A stretch of DNA of 64,000 bases from positions 3,040,001 through 3,104,000 of the forward strand of contig CM000154.2 of NCBI GenBank assembly GCA_000004695.1, in the 5' to 3' direction. The position numbers were made by a program, and so were the translations under genes. Of this stretch, positions 53,903-64,000 are shown in pieces. Every line of letters starts with the position of its first letter. Positions within the stretch are counted from its first letter, which is position 1. Below the pieces are notes generated by a model that worked only from the letters and a program-made list of their open reading frames with translations, searched no databases and was not told the DNA's origin. The DNA is from Dictyostelium discoideum (taxonomy: Eukaryota).

Positions 53903-55061
53903 ATGAATGACAATAATAAATTTTTATATATATGGAGAAATAAAATAATAAAAAATAAAATATTATCTTTTTTAAGAGATGATAAAAATTTTTATAGTAG
54001 TTATCGATATAATAGAATATTTTCATGTTCATGGATGATAGAGAATGGATACTTTGAATTATTAAAAGAAAAAGTTGAAAAAGGTGAATATTTAGTATTC
54101 ATTAATAAAAATATATTTGATAATGGAGTTTTACCATTAGGTTTACCAAGAAGTTTAACAAAAAAGAAATATGATAATAATATTAATAATAATAATAATA
54201 ATGATAATAAAAATAAAAATAATAAAAATAATAATAATAATAATAATATTAAAAATAATCAAATTATTTTCGATAGTAATTCAATTTTTTATAAAGAAAA
54301 AGCAGCAATTCATTGGGATTTAAATTTTTATAATAATTTATTTAAAAATTATTCAAATTATTTTTTAAATTTTAATAAATCAATAACTGAAAGTACATTA
54401 ATCGAATATGATAATCAACAAGCATTACAGGTTTTAGTAGAGAATTTTAATCATATATTAGGGATTGAATCGTTTTTTAAATCATTTGAAATTGGATCTT
54501 ATGAATGTTCATTTTATATTTTTAATAAATTCAAAAATGAAATTTTAAAAAGTAAAAAACATCAAACAAGAATTTGGAATATTATATTAAACTATTCAAA
54601 TATGAAGAATGAGTTAATTACAAGTGAGATTTTAAATCAAAGAATTGATTTCATAATTAATAAATGTCAAATACCACCAACAACAACTACAACAGATTTA
54701 GAATCATTCGTACCATTTTTATTTGAAATTAAAATATTTAAACAAAAATTATCAACAATTATAGATTGTGTTAAATCAATAATTCAATTAAATGAATTAT
54801 TCACACCATTCATTACATCAATAAATGATAAATCTTATAAATTAAAATTACCAAAAAATCAAGAAATCATTTGTTCACCAGCACCACCACAATCGAAAAT
54901 TGATAAAGAATTTAAAATGTTAAATAAATTAATTTCACAATTAGGTAGTAGTGGTAAACAAGATAAAGATCAAGATAAAGATAAAAATAAAAATAATAAA
55001 TTTAAATTACCAATTGATATTAAAGAATTTGAATCATTAATATTTACAAATTTCAATAATG

Positions 55062-55096
<35 letters not shown>

Positions 55097-56689
55097 CAAC
55101 AACAACAACAATTAAATACAATAATTTGTGATTTTAATCAAAATAATACAACTAATGAACAATTTCAATTAATAAAGAAATTATATTTATTATTATTACC
55201 ATTTACAAATCATTTTAATTGTTTTATTGATAATTGGAATTTTTATAAAATTAATTATGAAAATGATTATCAAGATTATCAAACTTTTAAAAAAAATGAT
55301 AATTTCATTGTTAAAGGAACAATTAGATTTCATTCAAAAATGTTTGCACATTATAATTTTAATGATTTGAATAATGAATGTATTGATGATAATAAATTAT
55401 TTGAATATTGTAAAAATGAAAAACAATTACAAATTAATTATTTAAATAATTTAAATAATGATTTAAAAAATAATCAATCAAATAATAATAATAATAATTC
55501 AATTTTAAAATGTATATTAATTAATTTAATTTGGTTGGATGATATGGAATTAATTAAAAATTTAAATATACCAGATGATATTGAATTTTCACAAATTAAT
55601 ATAACAATGTTTATTTCAAAAGTAAAGTCAATTGAAATGTTTGATTTTATAATTCAAATTATTAAAAAGTCAGAATTAAAATTAGAATTAAATAAAAGTC
55701 AACAACAACAAGTATCAAAAATATCAATAGTTTTACAAAGATTAATTTATAGTTATAAACCAATTACCATATTAGAACATTATAAAAATAAATATTCAAG
55801 TGATTATTATTCATCGGTTAGTTCAATTGATTTAAGAGATAAATGTTACAGTTTTGAAATTTTTAAATTTGTTTATGATAATCTTTCAGATTTTAAAGAT
55901 TTAGAAAAAGTTTGTACTTGGCAAAATAATATTAATTTTGCTCCAACTTTAAATCAAATTAAATATTTAGTTGAAAGGACACCACAAAATGAAAAATATT
56001 CATTACCATTCAATTGTAATGTTTATAAACCATTTTTTGAATATGTTGTTGAAGAGAGATTCCAAGATATTCAAAATAAAACATTTGTACCTGAAAATGG
56101 TAAAACAATGTTATTTTGGTATTTTATATTTAATAAAGAATTTAGAAATAATAATAATAATAATGAAAAACATGATGGTGATAGTGGTGATGATGAAATA
56201 ATTTTAAAATATAAATTAAATTTAATGAATTTCTTTGATGAAAAATTTGAAAGAGATCCAAGCATTATTAGAGAAACATTATCAAAAGCATGTAGTTTAA
56301 ATGATTTACATTTCATTGATTTAATAATGGAAAAAGCAAAAAGTAGTAATTTAAAATATAGGTACTATAATATTTATTCAAATTGTTTAATGGAAGTATT
56401 ATCATCAATTGGTGATTTAGAAATTTTAAAATATATTCATTCAAAATATCCAGACTTGGTTGAACAAAATTTTAAAAGTATTGGTCAAAAACAAGATCAA
56501 GTTGGTTTTTTCTTTTGTTGTCCTTCAATTAGATTATCAATTTTAAATGGTAATATAGATATTTTATCATTTATTTTAAATTTATACCCTGAAAAATTAT
56601 CAATTACTTCATCAAGATTATATTTATCTTTTAATAATTCTCAATTACTTAATCACTTTTTAAATTTAAAACTTTTTGAAATTGATTAA
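53903..56689 (+). CDS. hypothetical protein family, tandem copy 1 (928 aa)
   Basis: Shares with copies 2 and 3 an N-terminal W-x-IENGYF/LLKEKVEKGEYLVF region, the SIFYKEKAAIHWDLNFYNNLFKNY..SFEIGSYECSFYIFNKFKNEILKSK block, and a C-terminal region with ankyrin-like periodicity (..LIKACS/KYNDLKFIDL/MVME..ILEVLSSIGDLEILKY..). Confidence 0.6.
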
Positions 56690-56921
56690 TCAACCAAAAA
56701 AAAAAAAAAAAAAAAAAAATCATTGTATTAATAATAAAATATAAAATAAATAAAAATAAATCATTGTACTTTTAAACTTATAAACCACACTTTTTTTAAA
56801 AAACAAATAAAAAATACATTTTTCAAATTCTTAATTATTTCTTTTTTTTTTTTGGTTTGAAAATAAAAATCTTTTTTTTTTTTTTTTTTTTTTTAATTTT
56901 TTTTTTTTTTTAAAATATAAA

Positions 56922-59528
56922 ATGAATAATAGAAGAGAGAGTGAAAATTGGTTTTTTAAAGTTTGGAGTAACAAATTTTTAAGGAGTAAAATATTATTAA
57001 AGGTTAAAGTTTTCAATGATTTTTATAATAATTACAAGCTTGATAGAATAATATCATGTTATTGGATGATAGAGAATGGATATTTTCAATTATTAAAAGA
57101 AAAAGTTGAAAAAGGTGAATATTTAGTTTTTAATAGTAGTTTAATTTATCATTCAAAATTTGATAATAAATATATATTATCACAAAGAGAAAGAGTTAAT
57201 AAAAATTTAGAAAATGGTGATGATGAATTTGTGTTAAATGAAAATTCAATTTTTTATAAAGAAAAAGCATCAATTCATTGGGATTTAAATTTTTATAATA
57301 ATTTATTTAAAAATTATTCAAATTATTTTTTAAATTTTAATAAATCAATAACTGAGAGTACATTAATCCAATATGATAATCAACAAGCATTACAAGTTTT
57401 AGTAGAGAATTTTAATCATATATTAGAGATTGAATCATTTTTTAAATCATTTGAAATTGGATCTTATGAATGTTCATTTTATATTTTTAATAAATTTAAA
57501 AATGAAATTTTAAAAAGTAAAAATTTTCAATCAAGAATTTGGAATATTATAATAAATAATATTAAATTATCAAAGAAAGATATAAATAAAGTTGAAAATT
57601 TAATTAATAAAAGTGTAAATTTTATAATAAATAAATGTAATATACAATTACCACCGCCACCACAACAACAACAACAACAACAACAACAATTCACACCATG
57701 GTTATTTAATTTTCAAATTTATGAACAAAAATTATCATTAATTTATAATTGTGTTAAATCAATAGTTCAATTAAAAGAATTTTTTAAATCATATATAAAA
57801 TCAATAAATAATAATTCATTTAAATTTAAATTTGAAAATAAAGATATAATTGAAACTAATAATTTGGTTAAAAAATATATTAAAAAATTTGTTAAGTTAT
57901 TAGTTTATGATGAGAATGGAAAGAAAAAAAAAGATTTTAAAATTCCAGATTTAAAAGAAATTGAATCAATGAAATTTACAAATCAACAATTTAATTCAAC
58001 AATTTCAGATTTAATAACAGATGGTGATGATGAAAATTATGAAAATAAAGATATTCAAGAAAACCTTAGAATTTTATACTTTTCATTAATTCCATTCATT
58101 GAACAGTATGATCATTTAATTGGTAATTTAATTTTTTATAAAGTTAAAATTTTAAATGAAAAGGATTTCATGAAATATAATCATTTGTATCCAAAATTAT
58201 GTCCTAAAATGTTTGGAATATATGGTATTTATGATTATAAATATAATAATGAAAATTATTTATTTATATATTGTAAAAATAATAGAAATCTTCAAATTGA
58301 ATATATTGGAAAAATCATTGAATCATTTCACAATCAAAAATATCCTATATTTGATTTATTATTATTATTTAGAAATTTAGTATGGTTAAATGATTTAGAA
58401 TTGGTTAATTTATTAATAAACAAAATGGAAGATAATGGTTATAGATTTGAAGATAATGATAGACAATTTTTAATTTTAAATATAAAATCAATTGAAATGT
58501 TTGATTTAATTTATAGAAATTTTAAATCACAATCAAAAAACCAAAATAATAATAATAATAATAATAGTAATAATATTTATAATACTAGTTACCCAATTTC
58601 AGAAACAAAGTTTTTTTTTAATACATTATTAAAAAGTAAATTTGAAAATTTATCAATATTATTACAACATTATAAAGATTATTATACAAATGATTATTAT
58701 ACAATAGTTGATTTAATAGATTTTAAAAATAAAAATTATTCATTTGAAGTTTTTAAATTTGTTTATGATAATTTAATAGATTTTAAAGATTATGAAAAAG
58801 TTAATGTTTGGAGTGGTACCAATAATATAAAATTAATAAAAACATTAAATCAATTCAAATATTTAGTTAAACTTACACCAATTAATAAAGATTATAAAAT
58901 ACCATATGGAAATGAATCATTTTTTAAATTTATAATTGAGGAAAGATTAAATGATTTAGAAATTGGTAGATGTGATATTACAGAAACTAGTTTACCAGAT
59001 TATAGATATTTTAAAATTTATAGAAATTATAGAGTTAATAAAAATGAAAATGAAAATGAAAATGAAAAACAATTATATTATTCATTTGAAGGAAATAATA
59101 CAATATTAAGGAATACATTAATAAAGGCGTGTAAATATAATGATTTAAAATTTATTGATATGGTAATGGAAGAATCTTTTTTATATGATCAAAATAATAA
59201 AGATAATGAAAATTTTAAAAATATTTATATTATTAGCATTTTAGAAGTAATATGTTCACAAGGCGATTTAGAACTTTTTAAATATCTTTATTCAAAATAT
59301 TCAAGTACAATAGATTTTTATTTAATAAAAAATGATAAACCTGGTTTTGATGGCTATTGTCTTCCAATTAAACTTGCTTTACTCAATGGTCATATCGACT
59401 TTTTATTATTCATTTTAAATTTAATATCAGATAAAATTTATATAAATTCAAACACAACAATTAATAATAAATTATTATTAAATCATTTTTTAAATGAAAA
59501 AAATGAATTATTAACAATCTTATTATAA
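56922..59528 (+). CDS. hypothetical protein family, tandem copy 2 (868 aa)
   Basis: Paralog of 53903..56689. The conserved block 57245..57555 is about 96% nt identical to 54281..54590. Confidence 0.6.
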   Translation: MNNRRESENWFFKVWSNKFLRSKILLKVKVFNDFYNNYKLDRIISCYWMIENGYFQLLKEKVEKGEYLVFNSSLIYHSKFDNKYILSQRERVNKNLENGDDEFVLNENSIFYKEKASIHWDLNFYNNLFKNYSNYFLNFNKSITESTLIQYDNQQALQVLVENFNHILEIESFFKSFEIGSYECSFYIFNKFKNEILKSKNFQSRIWNIIINNIKLSKKDINKVENLINKSVNFIINKCNIQLPPPPQQQQQQQQQFTPWLFNFQIYEQKLSLIYNCVKSIVQLKEFFKSYIKSINNNSFKFKFENKDIIETNNLVKKYIKKFVKLLVYDENGKKKKDFKIPDLKEIESMKFTNQQFNSTISDLITDGDDENYENKDIQENLRILYFSLIPFIEQYDHLIGNLIFYKVKILNEKDFMKYNHLYPKLCPKMFGIYGIYDYKYNNENYLFIYCKNNRNLQIEYIGKIIESFHNQKYPIFDLLLLFRNLVWLNDLELVNLLINKMEDNGYRFEDNDRQFLILNIKSIEMFDLIYRNFKSQSKNQNNNNNNNSNNIYNTSYPISETKFFFNTLLKSKFENLSILLQHYKDYYTNDYYTIVDLIDFKNKNYSFEVFKFVYDNLIDFKDYEKVNVWSGTNNIKLIKTLNQFKYLVKLTPINKDYKIPYGNESFFKFIIEERLNDLEIGRCDITETSLPDYRYFKIYRNYRVNKNENENENEKQLYYSFEGNNTILRNTLIKACKYNDLKFIDMVMEESFLYDQNNKDNENFKNIYIISILEVICSQGDLELFKYLYSKYSSTIDFYLIKNDKPGFDGYCLPIKLALLNGHIDFLLFILNLISDKIYINSNTTINNKLLLNHFLNEKNELLTILL

Positions 59529-60058
59529 TATTAATAAATAAAAAAGTGATAAAAAAAAAAAAAAAAAATCATAAAAAAGTAAACCAAATAAAAATTGGAA
59601 TTCGAGGGTTAAAATAATTTTTTTTTATTTTTTTCATCAACACTAACCACATTTCCAGGTGATTATATTCCATGTAGTAGCATTAGTAGTGGTTGTAGTA
59701 GATCCACAAACTTAAGCTCAACTAAAAACCATTAGATCATCAACATCCTTAGAAATATCAACAAACCTTAAATGATCACCATTATACATGAAAAATAATT
59801 ACATTGAAATGTTTATCCTCAAAATAACAACAAAAGATCACTCACAAACATCGAAATAAAAAAAAAAAAAAAAAAAAAAAAAAAGTATATTTGAAAATAA
59901 TAAAAAAAAAAAAAATGGATTGCAATATTATTTTTTTTTTAATTTTTTAAGTGATTTTATTTTTTATTTATTTTTTTATTTTATGATTTTGTTTTTTACC
60001 CCTATAAAAAATTTCTAACCACAAAATTTTAAAAATAATTTTTTTTTTTTTTTTTTTT

Positions 60059-62016
60059 ATGCATATTAATTTTCCAAACACAATGATATCCAATCAAAAT
60101 ATAATAAATAATAATATTGATAATAATAAAAAGTGTACACTTCACCCAAACAAAGATATAATATTCTTTTGTTTAGATTGTAAATTAATACCATGTTGTA
60201 TTCAATGTATATCAAGTAAAGGTGAACATCATGGTCATAAAACTGATCCATTAGAATCAACTTCAAATATTCTTTCATTAATGAATAATTTTAAAGATGA
60301 TATATATCAAAAAGTAATTGACAGAATAGAAACCAATGAAAAAATATTAAAACAATCAAATGATAAATATAATAAAATTCAATCACAATTTGATATTAAT
60401 AATAATTCATTAAAAAAAGAAATTAAAAAAATTCATGATATCATTTCAATCATAGAATTAGATATTAAAAAAAAATTACAAACAACCTTTGAAAATAATA
60501 CATTAATAAATACAATTATAACTTCTTCAATCAATAATGATAATCAAATACTTTCAACTATAATTAATTATAAAAATGAAAATGAAAATGAAAATGAAAA
60601 TGAAAATGAAAATGATAATATTACAACCATTGAAAAATTAAATGAAATTATAAAATTTAATGATCAACAAATTTATGATAATGGAGATGATTTTATTATT
60701 GATAGAGATACTATTAAAATTATTAAACAATATCAACAATCATTAATAGTATTAAATAATAATAATAATATCGATTATTCAAATAAATTAAATGAATACG
60801 ATAATCAAATCATTCATTTCAATAATCAAATAATTGATGATATTAAAAATAATTTAAAATCAATTTATACCTTAGATAATTGTGGATTTAAAATTGAAAT
60901 TGATGAAAATAATAATAAATTTTTTAAATGTAAGCTTTAAACTGTTTTTTTTTTTAATAAATGATTTTCACATTCTAATTACCAAATATAGGGAATAATT
61001 TAAAGTTTTATATTAAATATGAAGGTGGTTTTTTTAAATATAGGGAAGGTATAGCACTCAAAGACAATTGTAATATTTTATCAGAATTAAAAAATAAATT
61101 ACCATTACATGTAATGCTATTGGACGGATTCTATCAAAAATTAACACCAGGTATATTACCAGATGGTGTTATTCTCTTGTATTTAGGTGATATTAAACAA
61201 GAATTAATAATTGGTTCAATTCCTAATACTGTAACGAGTGTCTCTTTATTGAATGGATTCAATCAAAAATTAACACCAGGTATATTACCAGATAGTGTTA
61301 AATCCTTGTATTTGGATGGATTTAATCAACAATTAACACCAGGTATGTTACCATATAGTGTTAAATGGTTGGGTTTAGGTGATTATAAACAAGAATTAAT
61401 AAATGGTTCAATTCCTAATACTGTAACGAGGGTCTCTTTATTGAATGGATTCAATCAAAAATTAACACCGGGTATATTACCAGATAGTGTTAAATTGTTG
61501 AAATTAGGTGATATTAAACAAGAATTAATAATTGGTTCAATTCCTAATACTGTAACTTTTGTCACTTTATTGAATGAATTCAATCAAAAATTAACACCAG
61601 GTATATTACCAGATAGTGTTAAATTGTTGAAATTAGGTGATATTAAACAAGAATTAATAATTGGTTCAATTCCTAATACTGTAACGAGTGTCTCTTTATT
61701 GAATGGATTCAATCAAAAATTAACACCAGGTATATTACCAGATGGTTTAGAATCGTTGTATTTAGGTGATATTAAACAAGAATTAATGATTGATTCAATT
61801 CCTAATACTGTAACGAATGTATCTTTAGAAGATGGATTCAATCAAAAATTAACACCAGGTATATTACCAGATGGTTTAGAATCGTTGTATTTAGGTGATA
61901 TTAAACAAGAATTAATAATTGGTTCAATTCCTAATACTGTAAAGGAAGTAAAAGTTTCCCAAAGTTTTAAACATCAAATTGAACCTTATGTCTCAAAAAA
62001 TGTAAAAATAATTTAA
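60059..62016 (+). CDS. B-box zinc finger / FNIP-repeat protein (2 exons: 60059..60929, 60992..62016)
   Basis: B-box [36 protein letters not shown], coiled-coil, an (EN)n run, donor t|GTAAGC at 60930, acceptor atatAG at 60991 (62-nt intron; split codon t|gg=W), then about 10 FNIP repeats (LLNGFNQKLTPGILPDSVK..GDIKQELIIGSIPNTVT). A fragment of the 3' end is duplicated just downstream (62060..62100). Confidence 0.7.
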
Positions 62017-62434
62017 TAAGGAATTTGCAGAGTGCTTTATTTTTAATGTTGAATAAAACAATTTCTAGTACTGTAAATGTTTCCAAAAGTTTTAAACTAC
62101 AAAAAAAATCAAATCAAATCAAATCAAATCAAAAATCGTTTCTTGTCAAAATTAAATTAAATTAAATTAAATTATACCAAATCAAATTGTTTCTTTTGAA
62201 AAAAAAAAAAAAAAAATAAAATAAAATAAAAATAAGCCCTGGTGTTTCTGATTTTTTTGCGAATTATATATTTTATTTTATTTTTTTTAATATTTTTTAT
62301 TTTAATTGTGAACAAATAATAAAATAAAAAAAAAAAAATTGTTCAATTAATTTATAATAAATAATAATAATAATAAATAAAGTTTTTTTATTATACATAA
62401 AACAAATGCAAAAATTAAAAACACAACTTTGCAA

Positions 62435-62466
<32 letters not shown>

Positions 62467-63045
62467 CTGATAATTATTAATCGTCTTTTCAGTTTTTTGA
62501 TTTCTTTTTATCTGGGTGATTTATTTTTAATATTTTATTTTTTTTATTTTTTTTATTTTTTTTTTTTTTTTTTATTTTTTTTTTTTATTTTTTTTTATTT
62601 TTTTTATCCCAGTTTATTTGAAAATATCCTTGCATTTTAAATTTTTTATTTTTTTTATTTTTTTTATTTTTAATTCACTTTTTTACACACCACAAAACAC
62701 CATGAAAATATATTTCTTTTTATTGTTATATTTCCACTCCTCATAATAAAAATCACATTACAATAGATTTATGTTTTAAAAAAAAAAAAAATTAAAAAAA
62801 AAAAAAAAAAAAAAAAATAAATAAATAAAAATAAAATTGTGACCAATTAGAAATTTTTTAAAATAAAATGTTTTGTTGAAAAAAAAAGTAATTCAAATAA
62901 TAAAAAAAATATCTTTTTTTTTTTTTCGATTTCCAAATGATCAAAAAAAAATTTTTTTTTTTTTTTTTTTTTTTCTTTTAAATTTTCAAACATATTATTT
63001 TTATTTAATTTTTTTTTTTTATTTAAATTAAAAAATAAAAAAAAA

Positions 63046-64000
63046 ATGAATAATTATAATGATGTTATTTTTTTTAAAATTTGGAGAAATCATTTTATTA
63101 GAAATAATATATTAGAAAAAATTAAAGATGATAAAAATTTTTATGACAGTTTTAAATATGAAAAGATATTTTCATGTTCATGGATGATAGAGAATGGATA
63201 TTATTTATTATTAAAAGAAAAAGTTAATAGAGGTGAAAATTTAATATTCAATTGTATTGATTCACTTTGGGAAACCAATGAAAAAGAATTTATACCAAGA
63301 AATTTAACAAGAAAGAAATTTGATAATGGTCGTCTATTTGTACTAGATTGTAATTCAATTTTTTATAAAGAAAAAGCAGCAATTCATTGGGATTTGAATT
63401 TCTATATAAATTTATTTAAAAATTATCCAAATTATTTTTTAAATTTTAATAAAAATGAAACAGAATTCACATTAATTGAATATGATAATCAACAAGCATT
63501 ACAAATTTTTGTAGAGAATTTCAATCATATATTACAAATTGAATCGTTTTTTAGGTCATTTGAAATTGGTTCTTATGAATGTTCATTTTATATTTTTAAT
63601 AAATTTAAAAATGAAATTTTAAAAAGTAAAAAACATCAATCAAGAATTTGGAATACTTTATTGAATCATTCAATATTTAAAAATGAAATGATTGAAATTG
63701 ATTTAATAAATCAAAGAATTGATTTCATAATTAATAAATGTCAAATACCAATACCAAAATCATTATCAGATGTTCAACAACTCCAATTCGTGCCATGTTT
63801 TTATGAAATTAAAATATATGAACAAAAATTATCAACAATATTAGATTGTTTAAAAACTATATCACAACTTTCAAATATTTTTAAATCATTTTTAAAATCA
63901 ATAAATGATAAATCATATAAAATAAAATTAACAAAAGATCAAGATGAATATTATTCAAAAAAAGGTAGTTCAACACAATTAAATTTAGAATTATCAAATA
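63046..64000 (+). CDS. hypothetical protein family, tandem copy 3 (3'-partial, runs off the window)
   Basis: MNNYNDVIFFKIWRN..SCSWMIENGYYLLLKEKVNRGENLIF..SIFYKEKAAIHWDLNFYINLFKNYPNYFLNFNK..SFEIGSYECSFYIFNKFKNEILKSKKHQSRIWN.. is collinear with copies 1 and 2. Confidence 0.55.
   Translation, partial: MNNYNDVIFFKIWRNHFIRNNILEKIKDDKNFYDSFKYEKIFSCSWMIENGYYLLLKEKVNRGENLIFNCIDSLWETNEKEFIPRNLTRKKFDNGRLFVLDCNSIFYKEKAAIHWDLNFYINLFKNYPNYFLNFNKNETEFTLIEYDNQQALQIFVENFNHILQIESFFRSFEIGSYECSFYIFNKFKNEILKSKKHQSRIWNTLLNHSIFKNEMIEIDLINQRIDFIINKCQIPIPKSLSDVQQLQFVPCFYEIKIYEQKLSTILDCLKTISQLSNIFKSFLKSINDKSYKIKLTKDQDEYYSKKGSSTQLNLELSN

Overview
This 64-kb window is extremely AT-rich (about 75-80%) eukaryotic nuclear DNA. 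Poly-Asn/Gln tracts, FNIP repeats, short GTAAGT...(T)nAG introns and a tRNA-gene retroelement landing pad all point to Dictyostelium discoideum or a close dictyostelid. This attribution is inference from sequence features only.

The supplied ORF track is prokaryote-style. Its 'M' is sometimes a TTG or GTG codon, and it splits many real genes at introns. I therefore rebuilt the exon-intron structures by hand.

Supported content:
- About 25 protein-coding genes. Those with a recognisable family are PHO88/SND3-like, PEX11, a PEMT-type phospholipid N-methyltransferase, two tandem ABCG half-transporters, a TPR protein, a BEM46/ABHD13 hydrolase, an ARH1-type ADP-ribosylarginine hydrolase, a homeobox protein, a DEP-containing RasGEF, and a protein with a tandem Tudor-like C-terminus.
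- Two lineage-specific families: B-box zinc finger + FNIP-repeat genes, and a triplicated tandem family of large hypothetical proteins with a gene-conversion block.
- One tRNA-Val(UAC), flanked upstream by a GC-richer non-LTR retrotransposon ORF2 fragment (TRE-like) with repeat modules and an assembly gap, and downstream by a poly(A) mini-insertion with a target-site duplication and a further GC-richer fragment.
- An inverted paralog pair of secreted Ser-rich proteins, one of them a pseudogene.
- Numerous coding and non-coding microsatellites.

No prokaryotic-type systems (CRISPR, operons) are present. The novel-interest items are the retroelement/tRNA cluster, the pseudogene pair, gene-family dynamics, and two small genes the ORF track missed.
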